DNA of 63,904 nucleotides, counting the filler, from Octopus bimaculoides (taxonomy: Eukaryota), in NCBI RefSeq assembly GCF_001194135.2. It is 4 parts of 4 records of this genome, joined end to end, with 100 filler letters (N's around TTAATTAATTAA, not from the genome) between each part and the next. Parts side by side here need not be neighbours in the genome. Positions count along the whole stretch, not along the records: positions 4,259 to 32,769 come from NC_068983.1; positions 32,870 to 61,971 come from NC_068986.1; 2 more parts are not named here. One strand, given 5' to 3'. Shown one piece after another: positions 23,177 through 36,164 of the stretch (position 1 is the stretch's first letter; every line of letters begins with the position of its first letter). Position numbers and translations under genes: made by a program. Under the pieces are notes generated by a model. That model did not search any database, was not told the origin of the DNA, and saw nothing but the letters and a program-made list of their open reading frames with translations.

Positions 23177-26100
23177 TATATAATCAGGTGAGTGAAGCAG
23201 GTAAAATGCACGCTACATTTGTTTCTTTGCTAGCTGAAGCTCCAAATTTATTTGTTATGCAATGAGCTAATAATCAGGATGATATCTTAACGAAAATTAC
23301 TCTGTCGCATGGCTTTTCTAAGTCAATCACAACACAGTGGTGAGCTCAACTGAGTGTTCCCCGCACGGTATTTATATAATATTTACATATATGAATATGT
23401 ATAGGTATGTATATATATATGTGTATGCATGCATGTATGTAGATGCATGCACACATATATGTGCTCGGATGCATGTGCGTGCAGGTTTGAGAATGCAAAC
23501 AGGAAAAGTGGAACTCAAACTATGAGCATTTATATTTTTTACTGACAGTTATTTAAACTAAGAGTAACTTAAGAACCGAGTGTTTCATGCGTAAGCATTT
23601 ATCAAAAAATCTCTCGGCCCTTGAGTCATTCTGTTACTTCTACCAATTATTCATACATATACATATATATTTATAATTATATGGCTCAAACACCAGAGTC
23701 CAATATCAACGTTATGAAATGCAGTTGAATCTTTCTATCACCGACAAATATACTGCTCTAATTTTATTACATTTCCTATCTATTTATAGAGGGCAGTGTG
23801 ATGTATTTTTCAAAAGCTCACTGTAAAATAAAATGGCTCTTCTGTGGTAACATTTATGAAGCGAATTTCAAGGAATACAGTATAGTTTAATGCTATATAA
23901 TTAATGTATATTGCTTGCTACAGGTATTAGCTGGAATAGTTGTTACGGTTGGAAGAAAGCTATGTAATACCAGTAGTAATAAATAAATTCAAAGTAGCAA
24001 TATATTTTGTACATTGACATATACTCTCTTTTTCGCTTTTCTAATCTACTCTCTTTGACTCGCTCTCTTGTTTTATATGTTGTCTGTCTGTCTGCCTGTC
24101 TGTGTCATCTGACACACCTGCAAGCATACATTTATATTACTTCAAATAAATGCACGATCTGTGGAAGATTAATGTTTCAAGATCGATGCATTTACTAACA
24201 TAGTTAAACATACACATTCGAACTTTCACACATATTCACAGATATACAATATATGCTGTCATACACGTAAGTTTGTTGACGACTACCGACATCTCTGTAA
24301 ATGTATATTTATGTGTCTCATTTGAGTTTTGTTTTAATGTTCCAGATTATCCTGGTATATAGCTTCATTGCGATCTCTGAACGTGTTTTGTTATAGCAAA
24401 GACCGTGTACAAAAACATTTTCTCAGTTTCTATATCTGTATCAACCTATATATTGTATGATATACATTTTTATATCAATTTATGTAATGATTTTACTGTT
24501 TATAACATAAGGAAATGACTAAGAAATAGCTATGTAGAATCTATAGTGTCAGTACAGATAAATTAATAATAGAAGCTTTGTTTCAGTGCATCATTATATA
24601 TTGGTAAATGTTTATAGTTGACAGCGAGATCTGATTTCAGCCATCATATATACTGACCTCTAGGAAGTTTTGTTGATATTTTTGATTTTGTTTTATATTA
24701 TAGGTTTCATTTCATATTACAATTAGTAAACAGTAGAATCGTTGGTTATAGATATTCAATGGGGCAGTCACAGGTTCACTGCATTTTTGATGGGCAAGAG
24801 TGACTAGGGTATCTTTATAGCTTGGTGCAGAAGAAATATCGACTAAAAGTCGTTCGAAAAGCAACAGTGACTCGGTTATCAGCAATATTACTTGCTGGAA
24901 AGTTCGCATATGCACTACACATGTGAATAAACACACACACGTATATACACACCCACGTACTCACACACACGGGCGTGCGTGCACACACGTATATGCATGT
25001 GTGTGTATGTATTATGTATGTATGTATGTATGTATGTATGTATGTATGTATTTAGGTGTGTTTATACACACGATGGGGTATTATATTGTACAATTTTTAT
25101 CTACCAATCTATTTCCTGTGGTTTTGTATGATCTGAACCATGTTAGAAGACACCTAATATTCCGACCAATGTGATCGAAGATGGAACCAATTATGTACGA
25201 ATTGAGCTTATTCACAAACTCTTTACCATTTTTTACTTCCAGATCAGCCCTGATCAAGCAGAATTACATTCAAAAGCGGAAACACGCCTAGAAACATTGC
25301 AGGAGTCTCTACACAGACAAAAGAGTGATATATGCAGAAGATATGACTGACTAAATACTTTCTAATGCATTTCCTATTTCGTGGCCTCTCATCATTTACA
25401 TGTTTTGCATATAGATACATCTTTATGAAGTTTATCAGGAGTTATCTTTCCCTTTATCACCTTGCAATAATGTTTCTCTTTGTAATGACTTTATATGGTA
25501 GAATTTGTAGAATGTAACTCTACACAGTCTTTTGACATATAGATATGGAGCATTATGAATTCAAATATCTCTCAGTTCACCTATGATTCTCACTGTTGTG
25601 CAGCCAGTGAAATCAATACCAGTCAAACAATATGATCAATTTAACGAACTGTTCTCATTCCTTAAATGCATGACCATATTTCAATTCTTGAAATAACTAT
25701 TGATATCACCGTACGCTGCACTTGTGTCAGAGTCGTTGAAGCAACTTGACAATATTTCTAGAAATAGTTTCGGTTATTTATTATCCGAGTTTGTCCTTCA
25801 CGATAGCAAAATATGATTGTACCTCTTCCGGTCTAGTATTTATGCATGAAATTAATACTGTAAACCTTAGCGAACTCATTAAAGTGTTTTAAGCATAATT
25901 TTGAAGTTGCGTGTGTATGTTTATGCATATGGGTGTATATGTAAGTATACAAACACCCACGTATAATAGAAGTGTATATACATATATGTGTGTGTATATG
26001 TGTATATAAACATATATATATATGTGTGTGTGTGTGTGTGTATGTATGTGTGTGTGCGTGTGTGTGTGCGTGTGTGTGTGTGTGTATGTATATATTAACA

Positions 26101-26440
26101 CACACACATATGCATGAATATATTCACACTAAGTGATTAAGTATCAACATTTACTCAGAGGTCTTGTGATTTGGATATGATATGGATAAGACGATATTAT
26201 TAAAATTAATAATGTTTATTTCGTTGAAGTGATGTAAATAAGAAATAGACAGTTTAATCAAACTGTTCACTTCATGTATCTTTAAAGGTAGAATTTAATA
26301 TAAATACATCTTCATCTTATTAAGTAGATAGGTGAAAAATGCGGGGAAACTTAGTTGATATTAACTGACTCAATATGATGAACACATCTTATTGTTGCTA
26401 TAGCATTCTTATGAAATGTTCATATTTAATCTCTTGTTTA

Positions 26441-26631
26441 AAGCGGCAAGCTAGCAGAATCTTTAGCTGGTCAGGCAAAATTCCACTAGGATGTCTTTAT
26501 GTCCTATATTCAAATGCCACCGATGTCAACTTTATTTTTCGACCTTTCGGGGTTCGATAAAATAAGAATCAGTCAACGTAATCGACTTACCATACACCCA
26601 TGAAATTACTAGCCTTGTGCCAAAATTTGAA
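26441..26631 (+). mobile_element. tRNA-derived SINE family B (aggcggcgagctggcagaatcgttagc.. type)
   Basis: A-box-like gctagcagaatc, B-box-like ttcaaatgcc, central ctttcggggttcgataaaataag, tail gccttgtgccaaaatttgaa. Confidence 0.85.
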
Positions 26632-26835
26632 GGCAGTATTTAATCTCTTGAAGCCAAGTTGTTTATTTTTACTGATTCAACAGGACATTTGATACAACTG
26701 AGATTACTTCTAAGGTGCATTTATAAGAATAGGAATTGGGAATCGAGATGGATATATGTCACGTGAGAAATGCCTCGTCTCTGTGTGCAATTTACGAAAT
26801 AACACTATAAATGGCATCAAATATGCCACGTCTGT

Positions 26836-26870
<35 letters not shown>

Positions 26871-27017
26871 GTTATGAAGGGTATTGGAGTCAACCAAACC
26901 ATAAAGATACAGGTAGTACCGAGTAAGTGCTGTATACCGACGAGTTTTCCCCATGTCGTTGTAGCAACATGAAAGGACAATATAACATAGGTCGTGTATT
27001 AGCGTGTGTATGTATAA

Positions 27018-27510
27018 AGAAAGAAAAGGATAAAAAGACCAATGGCAAAGTTAGAATTATATTTTAGGGATAAAGTCTTACAGCTGTTTCAGGGAAAATC
27101 CAATGTTTCCCTTCCTTCCTGTCTTAAGGCTTGACCTCTTAACCCTACAGACATCTCTCACTTGATTCGGGCTATCCTTTGAGTAAACAACGCACAGAGT
27201 ACTCCGGATACGATATGATATATATCCGCCTTTGCTACTACAATTAGCTCCGGAAAATACCCACAAGGATTTTTTACATGGATGTTTACTGCTGGAATGG
27301 AGCTACACTCCAAGTACTGTTTCTTCTTTGTCCTTTTTTCTGCGCATCGCTCTCACTTCTTACTACAAATCTCCTCTTATAAATGTAATAATCCGTTCTT
27401 CTACTATTACCGTCTCCGATGAAGGGATACATTGGATTTTCCCTGAAACAGCTATAAGACTTTATCAATAAAATATAATTCTAACTTTGCCATTGGTCTT
27501 TTTATCCTTT

Positions 27511-27517
<7 letters not shown>
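27018..27517. mobile_element. Inverted pair of Penelope-type pLTR fragments (97-bp arms, 4 mismatches) with hammerhead-like motif
   Basis: 27018-27114 is the reverse complement of 27421-27517. The right arm is preceded by GTCT-CCGATGA and contains AGGGA/TCCCT-GAAAC-AGCT-ATA-AGAC. Confidence 0.75.
27412..27460 (+). ncRNA. Variant minimal type I hammerhead-like motif (CCGAUGA core)
   Basis: Stem I GTCT/AGAC, core CCGATGA (U4C variant), stem II AGGGA/TCCCT, GAAA, stem III ACAGCT(A)T. The inverted partner has the intact ACAGCTGT-A. Confidence 0.55.
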
Positions 27518-27580
<63 letters not shown>

Positions 27581-27850
27581 AAGACTCCGTCGGTCACAAG
27601 TTCGAGTAAGGTTGTTTATTGAAGACCAGCAGTCGCCCGTGCATACCAGCCCCCCTCACCGATGTTATCCGAGAGAAAGTGGCAATGGCCGATACAGCTT
27701 GGCACCAGCTGAGTGAAGCAGAGCAACATGAAATGTGATGCCTTGCTCAAGAACACAACACAAAACACAATCCGGTTCGGGAATCGAACTCATTATCACT
27801 ACCTTATGATTGTGAGCCCGACACTCTAATCACTGAGCCATGCGCCTTCA
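27581..27850 (-). mobile_element. tRNA-derived CORE-type SINE (family C)
   Basis: Reverse complement: gaaggcgcatggctcagtgattagagtgtcgggctcacaatc (A box), gagttcgattcccgaaccgg (B box), gtgttcttgagcaaggcatc..ctgcttcactcagctg (CORE-like), and tail ..ttgtgaccgacggagtc. Confidence 0.85.
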
Positions 27851-28617
27851 TATATTTCGTTTCTCATTTAAAACATTCAACTACGGTTGTAGATTAATAT
27901 TCTTAAGGCCGTAATTTACACACACGCAACATCTTTCAGAGCTTGTCGCTAATTCAGTTCTTAACCAAATGGAAAACCGTTAGCATTTTGGAAGAGGACG
28001 TGTCCCTAGCTACATTGTGGCATAAAAAATTGACATTGGTCCAATACAAAAAAGTTTACAGCAAAATTTGTAGCAACGTTATAGGAGAGTAAATAGCGCC
28101 ACCAATCAAGCTTAGATTTAAATAACTTCTTTTTTTTATTTTAGCAGCAAAATATATTTGACTTAGCTTCAATGATAGAAGAAAGCGTGAATAATTTCAT
28201 AGTTTTGGTATCATGTAGCAAAAAATGTACCTTTTTTATGTTTTATGTGAGGTAAAATATTATCAATATATATATATATAAGTAAGGCAAACAATTAGAT
28301 TTAAGTATAGTTAAATTTTTATTTCAAAAACAAACTATATTTTAATTAAGCTTAAATGATAGAGCTCAATTCAAGGAATTTCACGGTATCAATCTCATGC
28401 AATGAAGTTTTAAAAGAAAAAAACAGTTGTTTGTTTCTCAAAGTTGAGGGTGATAACATAGTTCTATACTTTTTTATGAATATAGTTCAAGGGGAATCTT
28501 AATGTATGTCACTGGCATCATTCAGGTAAGGAAAAAAAATATCAACGACACCGCTAATTGGCACATTTGACACATTATTAATTAGCATAATAGCATAGCC
28601 TTGAAAAAGCACGGATA

Positions 28618-29422
28618 ACATGGACAAATGCAAGCAAGACAAATAATATTCTATGATTATAATTCTGGAAAAGTACAGGACAAGTTATTACTTCTGGTAA
28701 AGTACAGAACAAGAAAAGTTTTACTTAAAATATTGCAGCTAAGGATAAAATTTCAATATTAAAAATTATTTGATTTAAATTTAGAAAGTAACATTGTAAT
28801 TAACTGCAGTACCATATTGTCATACTAGAATGCTTTAGAAATGAGAGCCAGAAGTACCAATATAGCTAAAGTTTTATGCAAAGTAGAATAGTATTTATGG
28901 TAGGTAAATTCATTTTGCAAAAGGTAGGCATTGTTCAAGACTAAAAATGTGAAGATTTGGCAATAACTTAGGCAATAAGTCAAGCAAACTTTACTGTGAA
29001 TTTGTTGTTATAGGTAGATTTTACTGTAATACATAACTAATTTTTGTGTTATTCTATTTATTGTACTAATAGTATGCTACTATTATTTTTATAACCTATT
29101 TTCAAATTTCTAATTATTAATTAATAATTAAAAAGCGAATTTTTTAAGTGCAAATAATATTTTAATTCAGTTGTTTCGAATTTTTAATAGAAGTAACAAG
29201 TAATAACAAATAGAAGTAATAACTTCTAATAACATTTTTTGTTTTAATAAAAGCTAATATTTTCTAAATCTAAATATTTTATTTGAAACTTTATCCTTAG
29301 CTGCAATATTTTAAGTAAAAAATTTCTTGTTCTGTACTTTACCAGATGTAATAACTTGTCCTGTACTTTTCCAGATTTATAATCTTAAGAATATTATTTC
29401 TCTTGCTCACATTTTCCCATGT
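28618..29422. mobile_element. Non-autonomous DNA element with long (~140-170 bp) terminal inverted repeats
   Basis: 28618-~28790 is the reverse complement of ~29250-29422 (acatgg..gcaagacaaataatattc..ctggaaaagtacaggacaagttattac.tctggtaaagtacagaacaagaaa..ttacttaaaatattgcagctaaggataaa). Interior is AT-rich and non-coding. Confidence 0.8.
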
Positions 29423-29440
29423 AATATATATACGCATTAT

Positions 29441-29822
29441 GGAGGCGCGATGGCCTAGTGGTTAGGGCAGCGGACTCGCGGTCATAGGATCGCGGTTTCG
29501 ATTCCCAGACCGGGCGTTGTGAGTGTTTATTGAGCGAAAACGCCTAAAGCTCCACGAGGCTCCGGCAGGGGGTGGTGGTGACCCTTGCTGTACTCTTTCA
29601 CCACAACTTTCTTTCACTCTTTCTTTCTGTTTCTGTTGTACCTGTATTTCGAAGGGCCAGCCTTGTCACACTGTGTCACGCTGAATATCCCCGAGAACTA
29701 CGTTAAGGGTACACGTGTCTGTGGAGTGCTCAGCCACTTGCACGTTAATTTCACGAGCAGAATGTTCCATTGATCGGATCAACTGGAACCCTCGACGTCG
29801 TCAGCGACGGAGTGCCAACACA
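29441..29822 (+). mobile_element. Full-length tRNA-derived SINE (family E, 3' module 1)
   Basis: ggaggcgcgatggcctagtggttagggcagcggactcgcgg (A box), ggtttcgattcccagacc (B box), body, then tail gatcaactggaaccctcgacgtcgtcagcgacggagtgccaaca. Confidence 0.9.
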
Positions 29823-30227
29823 TAAATTCCTGATGTATTGGAATTAGTTTCGCTTTCAGTGTGGATAGACTAATCACTTAGTGGCAATTAGTATTGACAT
29901 CATATAAGAAGAAGGGATAATCTCATGAATTCTCCGACATTAGCATATCCTTAAGGAACAGACAAATGCACGCACACATATAGGTAATCAAAAATAGATT
30001 ACACGACTAAGCAAATTCAGAAAACTATAACCATAATCCTTGTTTGACTTTTACTTGTCAATAAAGATCTTGAAGACCTAAAATTTATAGACCGAATAGT
30101 TTCAAACCAAAACAACGGTAAGAAAGCCTTTTCTAATGATTATATAAAACAATGAAAAACGTATTTTGCCTTCAACTTATAATTGAGATATTTGCTGATT
30201 CAATAAGTAAACTACAAACACTATTGA

Positions 30228-30526
<299 letters not shown>

Positions 30527-32037
30527 ACTATGAAATAAGTTTCAGGATCATATTAACAGAAACAGCAGAACAAAAGCAAGAAGGATATTGGAAAAGCATT
30601 CATTTTATTTTCTGAAGAAAGCTTATTGTATACAGGGATACATACATCTGCATTATCAATGAAAAATAGATAATTACTGAACAGATAAGGATCACAACAC
30701 ATCAGAAAGTGTCAATTCGATTGTGATGTGAACGAAACTGATATTTCTGATATGTCAAGCAGAAATTACAAGACCGCATAAAGTACATTACAGGCGATTG
30801 AATCAGTAAGAATAGTATTGTTCAGATAAGATGATATTGAATATTATTAGGACGTATAATGACCTGTTGTATTTTGTGCATTCAACAATAATACTGGTTG
30901 CACGAGAAACTATATAACAATGAAGAATAAATGTCGAAGTTGAATGATGCTTTTGAAAACTTAAAAGTCTGTTATATGGGAGTGGAACCGAAATTTTTCA
31001 CTGTGATTAAGCGTATTGACCTGGGGGAGTTTGACAGAAATTTGAATATGTGCTGAAGCATATAAACTAAGACATACCACATGTAGTTTCACTAGTAATC
31101 GAAATATTCTACAGAAGCTAGTCAAAATTATTTGCAGTTACGTTGTGAATTTTACAAAGACTTTGCATTTTAAAAAAGCTTGCTATTCATTTTTTGAAAA
31201 ATCTAAATTTGAATAATTCGAGATAGTATCTGACCAAATTCTTCATCTCCTTGGAACGTTTAGATAATTTGGATTGATTTAAGCAGATAAACGTATAACG
31301 TTTGGAGTTGAAGCAAAGTCTTGACCTCTAAATTACTCTAATTCTTCACTCCGTGCCTTAACTATTTGAAATTCTCCGTCAAAAAACAACCAAAACAATT
31401 CTACAAAAGCCAGGATGATATATGAAATATATATAAATATTGACCAATAAAAAACCTCTTTGAAAGACGTTAGAACATTTTCTATTTAAACAATGTAATT
31501 ACTTTTGAGTTCCAAATCACATTTAGGAAAAGTAAGTAGAATGGAAATCATTTACGCGTATAAGGCTGTATTTACGTGTCGGAGCCAAAATCATGATTGT
31601 TTATAATCAATTATGAAGAAGACTGCTAACACTTTCTTCCTATCATCTCTTTTCCTACCATCACATCATGATTGTCTCCCGCAGCAATACGTACAGCTAT
31701 TGATTTATCCCCTCAATACTTCCTATGCAATCAATATTGTTGGCACTGTCTGCTGTTAGACAGCTTTTATCAATTTAATGACAAATCAATTTCCCTTCCC
31801 AAAAAATTTTAATATACAAGTTTATTTATCAAATATTTATTTGCTAAATCACATTTCATTAAGGTACTGTGACTATACGGAAGATATGTATTAGAGTTAT
31901 AGAATGAATTTCCTAACAAAATATTTCTACAAAATTATTAATTAAAATTTGCTCATACTTGAGACTCAACGTTAGCACAGAAAGAAGTCTGTTCTAGAAT
32001 ATGTTCGTTGAGAGAATATAAAGTTATTAATACCTAT

Positions 32038-32248
32038 TTCAAATTTTGGCACAAGGCCAGAAATTTCGAGGCAGGGGGAATCGATAAAATCGACCCCACT
32101 AATCAACTGTTACTTATTTTATCGATCTCGAACGGGATGAAAGGCAAAGTCGGCATCGGCGGAATCTGAACTCAGAACATAGTGACGGAAGAAACGCCGC
32201 TAAACATTCTGGCCGGTGTGCTAACGATTCTGCCAACTCACCGTCTTT
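32038..32248 (-). mobile_element. Family B SINE
   Basis: Reverse complement: ..gagttggcagaatcgttagcacaccggcc..gttctgagttcagattccgccgatgccgactttgcctttcatcc..gccttgtgccaaaatttgaa. Confidence 0.9.
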
Positions 32249-32925
32249 ATAAAGATATTAATATAAACGAAAAGATACCAACATATTTTCCCATCAGCAT
32301 TGATAGGGTGTCATATGGTGGTACATACCAGTTCTAGAAATTATTAAATATTGAGGAGAAAAAAAAGCCAAAACAAAATATAATTCTTACAGCCATTTAA
32401 AAAAGGAGGATATATGTAAACAAAAAGGAAACTGAAAAATAACAGTGACTCCCACTGACGAAATCTGATGAATGTATCACAGAACTCTTACTCTGTTTTT
32501 TATTGGTTGCAAGATTATCATCTGGTAATTCGTATTTAGTACCCGAGGAAACTCATATCAACAAGAAACACAGAACAGCGAAATGTCAATTTTGCTTATT
32601 CGAATGCCTACACATCACAAACATATTCTGTGATTTTTCGATGTACATACAAGTTAATTAGTGGTATTTATCACTGCCCTCTGTCTGTCTATGTCTCTGT
32701 ATGTCTACCTGTCCGTCTCTCTCTGCATATATATGTATGTATATGTATATATATATATATATATATATANNNNNNNNNNNNNNNNNNNNNNNNNNNNNNN
32801 NNNNNNNNNNNNNTTAATTAATTAANNNNNNNNNNNNNNNNNNNNNNNNNNNNNNNNNNNNNNNNNNNNTGTAATGATTGAAATATTTTGTCTGCCGTTT
32901 TCTCGATAAACAGCAGAGGATGTAT

Positions 32926-33018
<93 letters not shown>

Positions 33019-33178
33019 GTCTGTGTGTGCGCGCGCGTGAGTTTGTGAGTGTGTGTGTATGTGTGTATGTGAATTTGTATGTGCGTGTGTGAGTTTGTGT
33101 GTACGTGTGTGTGTTTGTGTGTGTTTATGTGTGTGCCTGTGCGCGTGAGTGTGTGTGCGCGCGCGTAAGTTTGTGTGT

Positions 33179-33550
33179 GAAGGTGTATGGCCTAGTGGTA
33201 AAGGTGTTGCGCTAGTGGTAAAGTATCGCGAGATCGTGGTTTCAATTCCCAGGCTAGGAATCATGCTGTTAAGGTTCCCTCAGTTGGAAACGGATAACCC
33301 TGCGATGGACTGACATTCCGTTCGGNNNNNNNNNNNNNNNNNNNNNNNNNNNNNNNNNNNNNNNNNNNNNNNNNNNNNNNNNNNNNNNNNNNNNNNNNNN
33401 NNNNNNNNNNNNNNNNNNNNNNNNNNNGGGGGGGGGGGGTGATGTTGGCCTATTCGCCTGGCGAGCGAACTGGCAACGTTCAAAAACTAAATCAATATGA
33501 AGCGCACTGTGACCAGCAGTGTGTAATAGCGTCCGATTGTCTGATCGATA
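33179..33550 (+). mobile_element. tRNA-derived SINE with V-domain-like motif, interrupted by gap
   Basis: gaaggtgtatggcctagtggtaaag (A box), ggtttcaattcccagg (B box), ccctgcgatggactgac (same motif as at 41218-41235). Confidence 0.7.
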
Positions 33551-33947
33551 CTGAAATATATATGTATATTACTTACGTGTGTGTGTGTGTGTGTGTGTGT
33601 GCGATTGTAAAACTACTTTATGATTGAAAAGATGAGAATAGTTAAGACAGTTGAACACTGGCTGTCTACATTACTCTGACCAGTTTAGCGAAAGGTCAAG
33701 ATTTTTACTATATCGCACGAATGTATACGACAAGTAAATATTTATTATTTGTTATCTAAATGATGTTTGCAAAACAAATTCGTTATTTGTAGTTTGGTTA
33801 GTTTCTCGTCTGAATCTCATTCGAAATCCCCCACCCATAATGCCCAAACATTGTTGTTTCTTCCCCCTCCAAAAGCCAAACGTACGTGATGAAACTATCG
33901 ACATATTCATTTTTTTCTCTTTCTCCTCTTCCTCCCCCTTCTTCACC

Positions 33948-33991
<44 letters not shown>

Positions 33992-35057
33992 TCTAAGATG
34001 TTACTCAACATGGCTTGCTTGTTTTCGTTCTCTATACTCGAATTTCATGCGAACAAGATTTACTAAAACAACAATTTCCGATTTACAAATCTATTTTGCT
34101 TCATAGTATCAGATGGAAAACATTTACTTTGTTTCATTTTCTACTTCTTCTTTGCTTTTTCCCATCCCGAATTTCCATTCTTATCTATTCCTTTTTATTT
34201 TTACTATCGCCTTATCTATATTTATCTATGTATATCTACCTGTTTGTATCTCTATCTATATCAGATTTTTTTTCTATCTATCTGTTTATCTATCTTTTCC
34301 ACTAGCTATCATTTTATTAAACTATTCGTCCAAACATCCATCAATCCAGCTATTTATTTATCTATGTCTCTAATTCTCTATTTGCCCATTGATTTATCAT
34401 TTCGTTTCTTTTGTAGAGATTTATATTTTGTTTCGGTTTTGATTTTATTTACTTTTTATATTTTATATTTTATACCTTGTTATACTAAGTAACATTCAAT
34501 GTCGCTGTGTAACTACATAACACAAAGGCTAAGATTCGAAACAGAAAACAATGTATATATATATGTTTTTTTTTTTATGAAACCAATACATGAAATCGAA
34601 TAAGCGCAGAAAGATTTAAACTGTTGTTAGTTATTTCTTTTTCTTTGTATCTTACCTTGATTTCTCCTTCTTTCTGCAAATAAAATCAATGCTTTTGGTT
34701 TCATGTAAACCTTTAAGGTAAAAAAATATTTACTCGGAAAGTTTTTTTTTTACTTCTGGTAAATACGTGTAAAGATAGTATTACAATAGATTTTTAAAAT
34801 GGAAAAAAGTATATTATACACGAAAGTTTAATAATCAAATTTTCTTTTTATCTAAACAATCAGAATTAAAACATTTTATCAAATTTTCAAATATCTAAAG
34901 GAACGCCCGGATATCAAATAGCAAAGTAAAATCGATGTTTTAATGCCAGGCGATGGTTTCCTTGCCAAAATATATATGTTTCTTAAAATGTGTTTCTTAA
35001 AATGTGCATAAAAATTATATAAAATTCGACCCCAGTCTTCATTGTTTACTTGCTATA

Positions 35058-35240
35058 AAAGCGGTAGATTACCAGAATCGCCAGAGAGGCCGACAAAATT
35101 CTTTATTTCTTCTGGCTCTTCGCGTTTTGAGTTCAAATTCTGCGATGTCAATTTTACCTTTCATCCCTCCGGCGTCAATATAAGGAGACGCCAATCAAGT
35201 ACTGGGCTCGATGGTATCGACTAACCAACTTCCCTTAAAA
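35058..35240 (+). mobile_element. Family B SINE (degenerate)
   Basis: aaagcggtagattaccagaatcg..ttgagttcaaattctgcgatgtcaattttacctttcatccc..gtactgggctcgatggtatcgac. Confidence 0.75.
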
Positions 35241-35296
35241 GCTCAATGCTTAATTTGGAAACAATCATTTGGTTGCTATTCTTACGTTGAGATAAT

Positions 35297-35485
35297 AAAA
35301 TGCCCAGCCCGAATTTATTACAGTTCCACCAATCCACCATCCTGAAATGGTACTTTTTTTTATTATCGATCCTGAAATGATAAACAGCAGAGTTGACCTC
35401 GGTGAGATTTGATCTCAGAGGGTGGAAGTAATACAGCGTTAAATCTAATTCGACGCCCTCACAAGTCTGCCAGTTCGCCACCTTT
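35297..35485 (-). mobile_element. Family B SINE (degenerate)
   Basis: Reverse complement: aaaggtggcgaactggcagac..ctgagatcaaatctcaccgaggtcaactc..ggatcgataataaaaaaagtacca. Confidence 0.75.
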
Positions 35486-35577
35486 ACTAGTGTTGATTTA
35501 ATCGACTATATCACTCCCTAAAAACTTCTGATTTTATACCTATATTAAAAATTATTATTAGTATTTTGATTGTTATT

Positions 35578-35757
35578 AAGGCGGCAAGCTGGCAGAATTG
35601 TTGCTCCACCGAACAAAGTGCTTAGCGGCAATTCTTTCGCTTCTTTATATTCTCGGTTGACTTTCCTTTTTGTCCTTTCGCGGTCGATAAGATATGTACC
35701 AATTGAGCAATCGACTTATCCCTCCCCACTAAAATTTCAGGTCTTGCACCTCTATTA
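35578..35757 (+). mobile_element. Family B SINE (internally deleted)
   Basis: aaggcggcaagctggcagaattgtt..ggttgactttcc..cctttcgcggtcgataag..aaatttcaggtcttgcacc. Confidence 0.8.
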
Positions 35758-36164
35758 AAAATTTGTTTGCATATATTTAAAAATGTTTAAGTGGAGAGAT
35801 GTCTCTGAAAATATTTATACAGCTAGAATTGCAATTTTCTGGAACGTGCCTGTTTGTTCTTATAAGTAACCTCTCGGGAGTCTTTCCAGAAGTCATTTTT
35901 TACCGCTTAGTCAGGTAGAAAGAGGCAACGCACTATTCTCAGGGCCTCAGAGATTAGTGGAAAGTGCGGATGTTATCCTAAAACCGAAGACCTTGTCTGA
36001 ATGCTTGCAACAGAGTGAACTCCTCTAAAGACACCACGAATAGGTGTTGGCGTTAAACCCGGTAACCAATTAAGGGTACTGCCCAAGAATCCAAGACACA
36101 AAGAGCCGGAATAAACACCACAATACATCTCGACCGACACTCTAACAATTCCATTACTCCTCCA

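Noticed and set aside
29441-29515. tRNA-like sequences (also 41017, 27850, 33179)
   Set aside because: A/B boxes are SINE heads continuing into SINE bodies; no complete cloverleaf.
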